Shown: positions 42,335-56,964 of the stretch, in pieces
Layout of the letters: each line of letters begins with the position of its first letter
How positions within the stretch are numbered: position 1 is the first letter of the stretch
Origin: Octopus sinensis
Taxonomy: Eukaryota
Reading direction: 5' to 3'
NCBI RefSeq assembly: GCF_006345805.1
Contig: NC_042999.1
Coordinates: forward strand, 94,178,001-94,242,000
Length of the DNA: 64,000 bases
The notes under the pieces: generated by a model
The model's input: only the letters and a program-made list of their open reading frames with translations
Database searches by the model: none
Told to the model about the DNA's origin: nothing
Translations under genes and position numbers: made by a program

Positions 42335-43210
42335 TATATATTATGCACACAGACACTGACATAGACACACACATACATAAAGACACACTCACAATATATA
42401 TACAAATAATGTAGAATTGATAATGTCAAACGAAATATTCACAAGCCCCAAAATGTTTGGGGTGGGTGCCAAAACTTACAAAGGGTTAAAAATAGGTAAT
42501 TTAAATTTTTCTGAAACGTGGGCTTAAGGATTTTTTTCGACGATGATATAACGAAAACCAACTATTTTGGAAATTACCCCTGACTTATATAATGATTTAT
42601 ATTTCCCATACCATAAACCCTCAACTAATTAAAAATATATTAGCCCTTTCAGTAATCATTCTAACACTATTACAAGGACTTTGGTTGGAAATATTTCACT
42701 TAGACCTTCAAGATTATCTGCCAGTGTTGATATCTTCAACGGAAAAGCCAAATTTTATAACTTAAAGCAGTCTATAAAACTTACCTATATTAACCATATT
42801 GACATTAATTCTACCTCTATTAATCAGTACGTGAAAATTTTAGTTCGAATCACACAACACTATATCAAAAATGTTTTTGCAGTCTAATGGAGATAACCAT
42901 TCTTTAAACCCTTTTTATAAAAGGTAAGTTCTAGTAAAAGTGTTTGGTTGATAATTCCATATGGTAAAAATATCAAATCCATCCCCTCTTTACTAGTTTT
43001 GTGAAGATATAGATAAGCATTCCTGCCCAAAATTCAAGACACCATTCTATTATCAATTCACACCGAATGTGAACGGGGTTTTCAAACACCAAAAACCTTT
43101 CACAAATCATCTCTTCGCATAATAAGTTGTTAAATACATATCCACTTAATGAAAATAATAAAATATATACATCCATCCATCCATACAAATATATATATAT
43201 ATATATATAT

Positions 43211-43350
<140 letters not shown>

Positions 43351-43626
43351 TTATACATATGATGTACAAAGAGAGTGTGAGGGTTGAGAGAGGAAGACAG
43401 AGATGCAGTGAGAATCCGTTTATCTTTCACCTCACTTAGATGGAAAAAGTATATTTTTTCATATATTTTATTCTATTGCAATATATGATAATTTTCGGCA
43501 ATGACTCTACACCTCAGACATCTTTTGAACAGCTTTAAAACTATTATTTTAAACGTCACCAATGACCAAATTTGTTTTTAACTTCTTGAAATGGCATGCC
43601 ATTTCCATGTTATACATACGCACATA

Positions 43627-43675
<49 letters not shown>

Positions 43676-44284
43676 ACACGCACATACATACATACGAGGA
43701 TGTATACATGGATATATAAACACACAGACTCATACTTGCATGTACTTCATTATATAGCTGTGTATGTATGTAAGTAACCATTTTATCGTTGGTTTTCTTT
43801 ACACTTTACTTAATATTATTTCTTTATCTGTGACGAAGTAACAGCTGGCAAGTTTAATAATGCTGTCAATAGCCCGATTAGAAAATTCCTTCTCATATAT
43901 ATTATTTCGAACAAAGTCGAAGAAACGGTTTCAGGCGCACTTACATTTTGTATATAGAATTACATCGAATAATTACACATTAGATGACGTAACAATTAGT
44001 CTGACAGATATGGTGAAACACAATTGATGTATTTCCAAGTGCTTCTTCATTCTTTCTGTTCCTGACGTTTAGTTCTCTAATCTTCCATACCGATACACAC
44101 ACTGAAAACACACATAAATACATATGCAATTATATATATGTGTGTGTGTGTGTGTGTATGTGTGTGCGCGCGCGTGCGTTCGTTTGTGCCTGTGTACGTG
44201 TGTGTGTTTGTCGGTGCTTACGAGTAACAGATCGAATAATTAGTACTAATCTATTTATCTGTATCTCCTCTCTCTCTCTCTCTT

Positions 44285-44341
<57 letters not shown>

Positions 44342-44511
44342 GTATGTATGTACAATCATGCATACATACTAGCTGGTTGAAAATTTAAGCTAGTGAGTGT
44401 CAGTAAAGAAGTGATATTAATTCAGTGCGTGTGTTAGTATTATTGCCGTAATGACAATCACTAGATACAAGATATGTATATATTTATGTATATATATATA
44501 TATTATATATA

Positions 44512-44550
<39 letters not shown>

Positions 44551-45784
44551 TATACACACACATAAATATATGTGTGTGTTTGTGTGTGTGAGAGTGCGCG
44601 TGTGTTTTGCGTGTGTGTGTGTGTCTCTTTGCTCTTGTAAGTATGTGACGTCGTCTATATGAATAACAGTTTGTCGATATTCTACGACACCACATATTTT
44701 GTGTAACTTTACACTTACAAATCGTTTGCTATTACATAGTAGGCAAATCGATCTAACCAGCTTGTCTATTCGGATAAATTTATTCACATCAAGATGGATT
44801 GATAAATTATTAGTATGTTACCATAATTTCCATTCAGTAATACACTATTCTACAATGTAAATGTGATTTATGTACATATAAAAATATCTATATGTTTGGC
44901 CAAGAGCCGTGAACATACATTCTTTAAAAATATGTATTATTTGAACAGTCCTCATCAAACTCTATACCTTACAACGATATTGCTTGTGTTCATTTATTAC
45001 GCATTTATTAGCAGTCACTTGAATTGATAAATTACTTATATACGTTCTATGTTTTGTTTCTGTTATGCTCTTCTAAATTTAATCTTTTTCCATGGAAAAT
45101 AAGTACTATATTCATTTCTGTTACAATGAAAATAACTATTTAGGTTGATCCCAGTTTTTGTGTTCACAAAAATATTAAATAATGATACAAGATGTTTACG
45201 TGTGTATTAAACTGCAACAGTCCATTGTTAATGCACCATTAATTTATCAACCAATCTAGACATCAAGAATATTTCATAATTTGCAAATCGTTTTAAGTGT
45301 TCAATTAATCGTTTAATTATAGTGTTTATAAGGGATAAAAGGGGAAAAGAAGTTGTTAATGAAATATGAGCAGAAAATTAAGGATATTCTGATTGAGCTT
45401 ACTTTATAATGTTGCTGCATGTCTATTACATAGAGCGCTGCTTAAAGTGTCAGGATTATTCAATAATTAGAATAGCCTATTTCATATTTGTATAAGGAGA
45501 TGGTTGACAGTGAAATCGTAATTTCTGCTTTACCACTTTCATCGGAAAGCGTAACAAAAGCGATTTAATCCAAATTTCGATGACATTCTCAAGTAAATAG
45601 ATAGATAGATAGATAGATAGATACATAGATACATACATACATAGATAAAGATAGATAGATAGATACATACATACATACATAGATAAAGATAGATAGATAC
45701 ATACATCGATAAAGTTAGAGAGATAGATAGATAAATACATAGATAAAGTTAGAGAGATAGATAGATACATAGATAAAGTTAGAG

Positions 45785-45823
<39 letters not shown>

Positions 45824-45824
45824 G

Positions 45825-45874
<50 letters not shown>

Positions 45875-46787
45875 CTGAAGGTATAAAGGTATTTGATTAT
45901 ATTTCACTGAAATTGCGAAAGTGGGTGACTGTTTGTACAGTTTCCTCATGAAAATTCTTAATATTTACGATTACTGCAAAAATCTTCACAAACTAATCTG
46001 AAAGAGAACATCCTTTCGTAGGTCGTAGGTCAGAATGACGGAAAATATTGCTTTTCATACATGTCAGAAATATCTCACATTCCTTGAAATGTAACCCAGT
46101 TAACGCCATGAATTTAAGATTGGACGTCACGCCTCCTTAATTATTGCTCTGTTTTACATTGGCTTTTACCATATTATTTGTTTAATTACCTTATTATAAT
46201 CACCGGTCTGATTGGGATAAAGTAAAACTGTATGTGACGAACTAGATACGGAGTGATCGGAAATCTATCAGAAACATTCATTGGTAAGAAGGACACCATG
46301 AAATACATATAGATTATATGATTTCAAAACCTGTGAACCACTAAATTGACATATCTGTTGCCGGTGAATTTAAATTTTCGTTATATCGGAAATGATCTCA
46401 ATGCATAAGAGTGTAGGATAACATATCCACTTTGTTGGAAATAAGAAGTATATTATAGGGAAAAGTTGAAAGTAGTATTCGAACTAAGCTGAAGAGCTGG
46501 ATTCCTGTATTTGCAATCAATAAAGTGGAAATTTTAAAATTTTATACTTTATGCATATCATTAAAAGACAAAATTCCAAAATGTCTTTGTACTTTCCTAT
46601 GAACTAAAAATCCAGTATTTTTCTACAATTCTTTCTTTATATTATCTTATATATCTATCAGAAAACTTTACATTGTCCTCGGTTTCTGTGGATATTAATA
46701 TATATTAATTATTGATATAATATAATTTATGTTGTAATTTTATCTTTGTAAGTTGGACTGCATAGGAAATAAAGAATGGTATATATA

Positions 46788-46877
<90 letters not shown>

Positions 46878-47164
46878 TTGCATTTGAAGCTTTAAGTGAA
46901 AATTTTGAGCAGAACGTTAAGTATGCGTTTCTATCTGTTAGATATAGTAATAAAAAAGAACAAAGTAGAAATTGCTGGATGTTAAATATTAGAGAGAGAT
47001 ATTATCTGGACGCATATCTAATTTCAATGTCATGTATGAAAAAATAACTCAATATTGAAACAGAGTTGAAATGTATAAAACGTGTCGATTCTTTCACATG
47101 GAACACACAATATCAGACGTTCACACAATTATGAATGAATTATTCTACGACCAAATATATATCC

Positions 47165-47510
47165 GTACTGCTGTAGCCGCTGCTCCTGCTGCCACTACCA
47201 CAACCACCACTACTACTGCTGCTGCTTTTACTACTACTACTACTACTACTTCTGTCGCTGCCGCTACTGTTGCCGCTGCCAATATAGGTGGTGATGATGA
47301 TAATGATGATGACGATGCTGATGATGATATATCGCCAGCCACTGCTGCCAATAACAGTGACACAAACGCTGCTGCTGATAATGCTAACAACAATTATGTC
47401 ATGGTTGTCGTCAGTGGTCATCGTGGGCGTCGTCGTAGTCGTCGTCGTCGAAGTAGTAGTAGTAGTAGGAGGAGGAGGGGGATTAAGGGAAGGAAGAGCA
47501 GCAGCATTAG
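47165..47510 (+). repeat. Compound trinucleotide low-complexity tract
   Basis: Mixed ACT/GCT/GAT/CGT/AGT runs; similar tracts at 48915-49095, 61937-62048 and 40735-40795. Confidence 0.9.
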
Positions 47511-48029
47511 TGTAAGGATGAGCAATTCCTGCAGATGGAATAATCTAAATAAAGTTTGAGTATCAACAGGCATGCCGTTCTAAGATCCTCGTAGAGTGGC
47601 AGCTCGAATCGTATCGTCCCCCGAACCAACTGTAATTATCCTTTCATCGGAGCGAAAGAATATGCAACTTATCTGATCAGGTATCTCTTGAGTGAAGATT
47701 CCATGGTCTGTATGTACTACACAACCGAAACAATGTAAGAATGGCTAATTTCTAATTGAAACAAAGCTAACTACACGCAGTTTCTTCTTAGATTTACTCC
47801 ATCACGATTGCCACTTCCAATCAAAATTAGCTCTTAACCATACCCACCGTCCAACGAGAGAAATTGCTACAAGTGGACAAGGAGTTAACTTTAACTTTCT
47901 TGGAATCAAATTGCAATATCTCCTACTCTTTTTACTTTATTTACCCTACCAAATCTGTTACTAGACTTAGTTATTTACTAGAGTTAAAGGATGCTGGAGT
48001 TGGTGAGTTAAGTTAATTTTTTTGCTCAA

Positions 48030-48365
48030 AAAGCAATGCCATGTAGGGGGACATACTTATGTACAGGGAGGTTTTTCATGCAAAGAGTTCAGGCCATTTC
48101 TGGTCAAGAGAGACTTTAAACCGAGCGGTCGTCGGCATCTTCACTATCTCGTCCGGCAGCTTATTCCACGGATCTGCAACCCGGACGAAGAAAGTCCCTT
48201 TCCTTCGATTGAGATGAAATAGTCGCAGATAGAGCTTTTCGGAGTGACCCCGCAGCCGACGCTCTGGAGCAGGAGGGAAGAACAGCTTTCGAGAGGTTAC
48301 ACTTTCCGTTTATGATGTTGTGAGCGAGAATGAGATCACCATGGCGTCGTCGTTCTTGTGTATGA
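48030..48365 (-). mobile_element. CR1-clade LINE 3' end
   Basis: ERRRHGDLILAHNIING, RRLRGHSEKL and FFVRVADPWNKLPDEIV. Confidence 0.88.
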
Positions 48366-48369
48366 TAAC

Positions 48370-48860
48370 CTAAAATACAAATAGGAAAACGCTACTTCAT
48401 TGCTCACAAATTAACACAGACAACGCTAGATTACAACGAAAAGCATATTCCTGGCAAATTATACTACAGATGATAGCTTGGAAAAGTACCCTCCTCCCGA
48501 AACATACAGACTATGCTATCAAAACACCGGTTTCAAAATACAAAATCTAAGAAATCATTTGCAAATGATGTAATGCATTCCATACTCTACGCAATCAACA
48601 TCCCGCGGAACTCTTACATCAATAACTTATACAACTCAGATTATACACTGTTTTAACTTATTAATATATTATAATACAGAGAAACCATTAGACCACAAAC
48701 GCATAAGAAGAAAACAGAAAATACCAAACAAAAAACAGCATAAAAGATGCGACGAAAAAGACCACCGTAATATAATACAACATTAATACATTATTATACA
48801 GAGTAAACACAATTTTACTTTGTCAATTGACTATGCTACATGCAAAATTGTAATTCGGAA
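48370..48860 (+). mobile_element. Possible decayed Penelope GIY-YIG remnant
   Basis: Weak motifs across frames: ENATSL, YSWQII, YPPPETYRLC, THKKK. Confidence 0.35.
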
Positions 48861-49061
48861 GTGCACTTCTGGTGCAGCAGAGACCCCTATGCAACTATTT
48901 AGAGCAGGACCCCCTTCCTCCCCTCCTCCTCCTCATCATCATCCTTCTCATTATCACCATCATCGTCATCAGTAGCAGCAGCAGTAGCAACACAACTACT
49001 ACTACTACCACCACCACCAGTACCAGCACCATTACCACCGCCAGCACTACTATTACTACTA

Positions 49062-49093
<32 letters not shown>

Positions 49094-50940
49094 AATACTA
49101 CAAGTGGCTTTGGAGGGAAAAAACTTAAATAGGATTTTATTTATACAATTATATATTCTTTTTTTTTTAACAATGAATGCTAGCAAAATAATACCAAGCA
49201 AAATTCTATTTGGAAGTTATGTTCCTCATCTGTCTTCGTACACCAAAGTCGGATCAACATATCTATAGAATGTTATATTCAAGATAAGATTATCATATAT
49301 CGATTTTGAACAGTCTGTAATCACTACAACGTCTGCAACAAATGCTGTAAATTATGAGAAACTTTTGGATATATTCCAATGAAATGTTTGCAGATTTGAA
49401 TTGCTATTTATTTGTTTGTTTACAATCTAGAGAACTTCACAAGTACAGAATTAAAACACATTGTCAACACAGTGGCTATGTCAGCATGTCATATTATTGA
49501 TTTACGGCAAACACAGGACACCGTAAATTTTTATGGAGAAGAAATATTTGATTTTATCGTCATCGGTGCAATTTTTTGTCCGGTGGTTGTCAAACTTAGG
49601 CTCAACATTTCAATTCTGAATAAAGAGAGGTGAATAAACTGCTGAAATACATTTAGGTTAGTGATGCATGATTTTTAAATATCACACCGACGCTATTTTC
49701 AACAGTTGTTTATTTGTATTTCTAACCTGGTCAAAATACCTCATACGTTGTATGATGGGTTCAAATTTCTTATAACAACTTTAGAAATATCAGGTCATTT
49801 ATCAGCTACAGTCGCAGTTAAAACCATATTAAGAAGCAGTGTAACTGACTAATAAAATGCTTATCTTTAATTTTACCGATTCTTCCCACCACAATCACAC
49901 ATTCACACTTATGGTGTAATTTGTAGGATCGACTTTTTACTCACACCTCTTATCATTATATTCTTATGACTGGAAATACGAACCCTTTTGAAGTCCTAGT
50001 ATCGTTTCTTTGTCAATTTTGTTATCCTGCAAGTGGTAATTAAACTTTTGACATTTTGGCATCGAAAGTGGATTCTTCAAACAATAAAAAAAAATACCGT
50101 ATATGAAAAGTGTGAATTGTTATCTTATAAATGCATAATGTATCTGAACGAATGGGAAGGCATTATCAAATGGATATAATTATTCATAAACGTATTAGTC
50201 AGTCAGATGCTTTTAAGCTACAAGTAAACAACGTTGGGGATGTTTGAGATTCGATTGTTCATATGTCCACACCTTATATTTCTCTATGAAATGTATAAAT
50301 GTGTAGATCATTAATAAACAATAATTGAGCTATTATGATATAAATCTTACTTTGGATATTACAAAATACCAGCTGATTTGTATTTTCAAAGACAAGTTAG
50401 TTTCCAATTCAATGACATATTACGTCGGAATATATGGCGAAATAAATGTAATTTAATGTATGTGGGATATTATTCTCATTCAAGTTCAGTTGTCATATCC
50501 AATAACACCCTTCGGATACACAGCACGTATTCCATTTCTGTATGCCTCATTCTCCAGTAACTGGTTGATTAAGATATATCACTGTATAACCCACCAAAGA
50601 TAAGGAACATAAATTCATATCTTACCTGACATTTATATCAGAAGTATTTGTATCAGAAGTATTTCATTCAAACTAATTGTATGAAGTGAATGAATAATAG
50701 AATTAAGGGTTTTCAAAGTATTACAAGCATAGGCCTAATATATCATAATGGGGTAACATAAGTGCTCTTGAAGCATATTCATAAGTAAAATGGGTGACAT
50801 AATAAATATTCAATAAGTAAAGGTGTGTGTTCACCATATTACGCTTATGTGTTACGATAATACTACTATGCTACAAGAGAAACAGGGAAATACCTTATCG
50901 ATGACCACTTAAAAAATCTTTATGTCTATATATATATGTA

Positions 50941-51061
<121 letters not shown>

Positions 51062-51102
51062 GATGAGAAAGTTGGTTTGTGAAAGCATGTGGTTGGATAT
51101 AT

Positions 51103-51644
51103 AGAAAATAGTAAAAAGTGAAAAAACGACAGAAGGCTTGTTTTAAAAGGTTAAGAAACATATATTTGAGTCAATATGTCTGAAGAATGTTATAAATTTT
51201 TTTTTTACAATGACATAGTTTAGAAGAAATGACCGGTTTCGCGTTCAGCTTTTCAAATTTCTTACATCGTTATGTTTACGTTGAGAAGAGTTATCGTTAT
51301 GCTTATGTTGAGGGAACTTAACCATTCCAACATACTTTTACAGAGAAATTCACTTCAAAAGAAAGGCAAAAATGTTTAAGCGATTATCTCCCTTACACCG
51401 GAAGAAATCACTTATTACCTCCCCTTATCTGGAGCTCTCCTCAACATAAACATAACGATAACTCTCCTCAACGTAAACATAACGATGTAAGAAATTTGAA
51501 AAGCTGAACGCGAAACAGGTCATTTCTTCTAAATTATGTCATTGTAAGAACAAAATTATAACATTCTTTAGACATATTGACACAAATATATATTTTTTTA
51601 ACCTTTTAAAACAAGCCTTCTGTCGTTTTTTCACTTTTTACTAT

Positions 51645-51649
<5 letters not shown>
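51103..51649. repeat. Long inverted repeat (arms about 51103-51312 and 51439-51649)
   Basis: About 210-bp arms of high identity, e.g. AAAAAACGACAGAAGGCTTGTTTTAAAAGGTTAA and its reverse complement. Confidence 0.95.
51489..51528 (+). ncRNA. Degenerate minimal hammerhead motif (inverted twin at 51224-51263)
   Basis: AAGAAAT TTGAAAA GC-tgaac-GC GAAA C(A/C)GG TC ATTTCTT; two core substitutions are shared by both copies. Confidence 0.55.
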
Positions 51650-51724
<75 letters not shown>

Positions 51725-51871
51725 GGCTTGGAGATGATGTACATGTATTATATATTAGAATAAATGAAGTACTCAGAAATATAAAACCTTCCAGATTTCT
51801 GAGTACTCATTCCTTCTATATATATATGTATATATATACATGCATACACACACACACACACACACACACAC

Positions 51872-51947
<76 letters not shown>

Positions 51948-52019
51948 ATATTCCGTGATGGAAGATCCAACGAAAAAAGTACTCCATCTGGTGAGGGATG
52001 GATATTATATATTTCTAGG

Positions 52020-52985
52020 GCAGAATGCATGTAACTAAGCGCCCCTTATTATTTTCATATGTTAAGAAATACTCAAACATATTCCTCAGGCGCAAACTAC
52101 GTATCATAACGAAAAAAAATGAATAATAGAAGAAACACAAAAAAGCTGACGGGGTAGCATATAGAAAACGCAGAAAGTAAAAAAAGTAAAAGCGAAAGAC
52201 AAAAAATAAAATGTAAAAATTAAGTAAAAAGATAAAAGCCTAAACTCCTTAGACCTTAACAGATAAGGCTGGAAATATATCAATTTATTCAGAAATAGGC
52301 GGAATTTTCAAATTCTTCAAAATACATTTATACATATTATTCTTGCAACCATTGAAAATTTATGGCCTAGACTTCAATAGAGAATTAGAGATCTTTGATC
52401 TGAACAGAATCTGCGATCTTTCAGCTAGGCAAATCCTGTATTTATTCGATCCATTCACATATGGTATGGATTTCTCAAATACTTTATATTTAGTCACGTG
52501 GTGTTTCGTTATCTTTCAAGGACTATACGTAGCTAGCCAACTAAGTAGCCTTACTTTTGTTCCTATGCCGGATAGAGGCAATGCGATTGGCATAGCGACT
52601 TTTAAATTCACCTTCACATAATCTATTACAGGTCTTCTTATCAGTCGCATTGTTATTTAGTCACAGTAACCTCTGCCTCATATATTATAGATTTAATCAT
52701 ACAACATCAGTTAAAGGGACAGGATCCTGGGCCGTGGCAGTTGCAACTGAATTTCAGGCTCTTGGTGCTGTCAACGTGTAATGATTCTTCTGCCTTTGGA
52801 GCAGCAACTATATGATAACTTCACAGAGCGCCTATTAAATATTTTTCTGTAACTGTGAGTTGCTGGAAAGTGATTGTGTAAGAGAGCCAGTAATATGTTG
52901 CTTGTGTTCTTCTTTAATATTTAAAGAAATGGGTGAGGCGAACCAAATAATCTTCCTTGGCCTATTTTTGGGTTTCGTCTTAATA
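52020..52985 (-). mobile_element. Penelope-like element 3' part: GIY-YIG endonuclease remnant plus terminal repeat
   Basis: NRPRKIIWF..PIS.NIK linker; CPF..CCMIKSIIYEAEV; GEFKSRYAN..SIRH..KAT.LASYV.SLKD; EKSIPYVNGSNKYRICLAERSQIL; hammerhead-like motif downstream at 52039-52093. Confidence 0.85.
52039..52093 (-). ncRNA. Degenerate hammerhead motif downstream of a PLE endonuclease
   Basis: GCGC CTGAGGA ATATG..CATAT GAAA..GCGC; the cleavage triplet region is disrupted. Confidence 0.45.
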
Positions 52986-52997
52986 TTAGTCTGATTA

Positions 52998-53046
<49 letters not shown>

Positions 53047-53098
53047 TATGTATGTATGTTTGTATTTTATATATGTGAGTTTGTATGCATGCATTTAG

Positions 53099-53129
<31 letters not shown>

Positions 53130-53211
53130 TGCATACGTACGTACACACATACATACGTACGTACACACATACATGCATATACACATATATAACACACATA
53201 CACACACACAC

Positions 53212-54413
53212 GTTAATAGGCTAACGAAGACTACTTCGCATGGGATGTGACCAAAAGAGATTTATTTTAAATATAATCATCTTTGCAGTCCGCACACTTC
53301 TTCCATCGGTGTTCAAGGACTTGCATCCCATTGGTGAAAATGGTGTTTTACTGCAAGTGAAAAAAATCAAAAACATCAGATATGACGTCATCATCACAGC
53401 AATATTGGTTCTCACCCAAGAGTGTTTTTTTAAATGATGGGGAACAGATGATAGTAAGATTGGTCTAAATCATAATAATAGGGAGGGTGATGAAACAGTT
53501 CAATATCACAGTCAAGCACGGCAGCCATTGAAACTAAGTTATTGTGTGTTGGAACATTGTCCTGATCACACAATGTTTTCATGTGCGTTTATTCTTGATA
53601 GCCTTTCGTAACTGCTGGTGTAGCCCTTTTGTCGATAGTCAAGAAACACAATACCTTTGTTACTCAGAAACACTGAGACTGTTAATTTGTCTGCAGGAGA
53701 AAGGACTGTGGCCTTTGCTAGCGGAGGCGACAGAGAGTGTTTCCACATCATGGATTGTCTCTTTGTGTCTGACTCAAAGTGATGTACCCAACTTTCATCC
53801 TGGGCTAGGAAACGTTCAAGGAAACCAGCAGTATCTGTCTCAAACATTGCCAGATTTTCCTACAATAAGATCAATGTGATGCGAGTTTGATCAGGTGGCA
53901 GAAGACCCTCATCACGCCAAGTTCGTTGTCCAGAATATTGTTAATTCTCTCACGAAAGATTGGCTATTCGATTTATAGATAATCAGTTGTCATCTATGAC
54001 TATGTAATAAACACCACCGAACTCGGTGGTGAAAGTAGCAAGGCGATCAGTTGTTGGCTCATCATCAAGATTCTCCTTTTTCTCCTCCTCACCTCAGCTG
54101 CCCACATTTGAATTGTTAATCGAGCTGAAGCGTCATCCCCTAATGTAGCAAACATATCAGTATGAATGTTGTTGAGCAATTCAATACTTTTACTGCAGAT
54201 AGTTGATAGCACAACGTGGCCAAATTTTGTCAATTTTCAAGAGAAATCTCCACTTGTTGCATTTGAAGGCTTATTTGAACAGTCATATTTCAGTTTACCT
54301 GGGAAGAAATAATACAGTTATAAATAACAAATGCTAAGTTAACGAATGCACGATTTCACTACTCTAGAATCATTTGTTCACAATCAACATATGAACATTT
54401 CAGCCCACCCTTG
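53212..54413 (-). mobile_element. Decayed mariner element
   Basis: ORF pieces LAQDESWVHHFESDTKRQSMMWKH, IHTDMFATLGDDA and GMQVLEHRWKKCADCKDDYI*; eroded TIR-like end at about 54385-54413. Confidence 0.88.
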
Positions 54414-54451
54414 AGTATGTGTAAATAAATTTATGTATGTATGTACGTACT

Positions 54452-54520
<69 letters not shown>

Positions 54521-54699
54521 TATATATACACATATGCGTGTGTGTATGTGGGTGGGTGTTTAGAGGGATCTATTATCGGAGCGGATACCGTGGTAGTTCT
54601 CGGGTATGCTTCGATTAGTATTAACGTCTATGACTACAAGGAGTTATCACTCACGCTGTAAATTTCTCCAATAGGTAATTCTGTGTCCGCTTCACTGGA

Positions 54700-55260
54700 T
54701 GGTAATATTATATGGATTGTATATTGTCAATAATTATAATGATAGCAAATGTGGAGACAGGCACATCCACAAGATGTATTTCGTTTTATTTTACAATATC
54801 ATATAAATATATTGTTATAGTTACGAGGACTTACACGTGTTTCCACTGCACAGAATGTACAGTTGCATATGCAGCATAATTTTCAGTGCGACCTCGTTTT
54901 GGGTCTTTCACTCTGCTTGGCTCGAAACGAACTGAATTCAGTTAATTTTTTTATTGTTTAGAGTTCAAGGGGAAGTGAGGGGAGGTAGTTTTGAATCTGA
55001 AATCTCATCTGTTAATAAACTTATATGATTGACCTCGATTCCACACCAGCTGCTAGCCAAAGTCAGCTTCTATCTAATTAGTTTGTTACTATTCTGTAGT
55101 AGATAGGTACATAATAAGTTTACTTTCAGGTATAACTCTTCTAATGTATTTTATTGTAGAGTGGTCCGGTTCCATGTTATGCTCTTAGTTATCCAGATAT
55201 TTTCGTGCCAGTTGTATTTATTATACTGAGTAGTAGAAACGGAAAGGAATATTTGTTGTG
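54700..55260 (-). mobile_element. Penelope-like element 3' remnant with terminal hammerhead motif
   Basis: Frameshifted HNKYSF...QLARK.W type motif near 55200-55260; hammerhead motif at 54823-54897. Confidence 0.65.
54823..54897 (-). ncRNA. Degenerate hammerhead motif with palindromic stem III
   Basis: ACGAGG..CTGAAAA..CTGCAT/GTGCAG..GAA ACACGTGT A..CCTCGT. Confidence 0.5.
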
Positions 55261-56964
55261 TGTGTGTGTGTGGTAGTAAGAGTCTGTATATAGCGTGGGC
55301 GTGTATGAGTGTGTATATGTGTTGTAGTAAATGTGTTCTTGTGTTCGTGTAAGTCGTCTAATGTACGTATATATAAATACGTGCGCATATGTGAGAGTGC
55401 GCGTGTGTGTGTATTTGATTATGTGTACCTATCTTTGCTTGTGTGTTTGCGTAGTCTAAACATCCATTAACGATGAAAAACAAGATCTAATATATTAGTT
55501 TATCAATAGCCAAATAACCAATTGATTTCATAGTTGATGATGTGACCCACCCAAGGTCTGCAGAAATGGCTGATATGAATAGTATGTCGTGTATGTTTCT
55601 TATTATATTGGAGGAATGGAAGTTCCACATTTGATTCTGTGTCTACCAGCTATTTTATCAGACTGGAAAGAAATTTGTGGACGAACCCACCTAGAAAACA
55701 CATCGAAAAATATATTTAGCCCATTCGATCAATTGTCTCTTAAATGGAATCGACCAGTTGACTAAAGTACATCTGTACTCATGACGGAAAGAGCAAAAAT
55801 CTTGCGTGTTACAGATTAGATATATATCTGAGTGAAGGGGTTCTTCCGTGTGATGCTTTCCTCAGTCAAACATAGCCTGCAGCTTCTACTATTATTTTTA
55901 AAATAAATTTCGTTCATTGAAGTCATAATTCCGGCATTTTCCTACAATGTCCACATCTGCCAGGCTAGCTAAAGGACACTTTACTTCGCCTGGGTAATGT
56001 ACAATGTTCAACTTGTTGTTGAATATAATTCCAAAGAAAACGTTCCAAAGAAAATTAGTAAACGTTCGAACCTAAACAAAAGCGATTTTCCTTAATCTCT
56101 TAGATTCTGGAAAACATTTAACACTAATACTTTGAGGGGAACTTATAGCTGTTCCTTTAACATTATCTATATATTCAACTAACCAAGCGACGTTCTAATT
56201 TTGTTATTGCTGTCTAAATAATATGTACTGACATTAACACAATGTCAGAAACACTTATAGAGAGATATATACAAATATATATATATACGTATACACTCGC
56301 AAGCAATCCTATAATTATGTATGCATATGTAAAAACGTATATAACCTTTTATTTTAAAATTTATATGGACGTATACCTTATATACGCATTAAAATGCGAC
56401 ATCCTGTTCACGTGTTAATGTCTGTTGCAATATTTTGAACTCACGAGAAGATAAATAAATAAAACAAAGCATTCAGAAACAATTACAGTATCTTTTTCTG
56501 GAAATATTATTATACACAGCGGCATCACTCTTGGATGTATCACGAATAACAGAGTTTTTTAAAAAAATGCATTATTATGCATTTAAATCTGTCCAATATA
56601 TTTCACATAACAATTCGGAATTTCTGATATAGTTTAATCTGATTCAGAAATGTGTTAACTATAAATAGGTTTTGGTAATTCAAAGGAGGCATTACCAGAG
56701 TTAAAGTGGGACTGTACAATTTAATAAATGTCACTAACATTTGCTATATACATATATGCATAATATGCGCGTATATTTCATTTCCTCCGACTCTGTCATT
56801 TCATATGAAAGGGTTCCTTTGACAGTAACACACACGCACACACACAATCCGATGCACGCACGCACACACGCACACACACACACACATATATATGAGGGGT
56901 CTGATCAATAAGTATCTGGACTCTTGCCATACTAACGACGCTAAAACATGCATATATATATATG

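Noticed and set aside
45700-45800. About 30-bp direct repeats resembling a CRISPR array
   Set aside because: GATA-derived minisatellite without unique spacers, in a eukaryotic context.
47071-47559. 162-aa T/A/D/R/S-rich ORF
   Set aside because: Compound trinucleotide repeat open in several frames on both strands; no splice or domain support.
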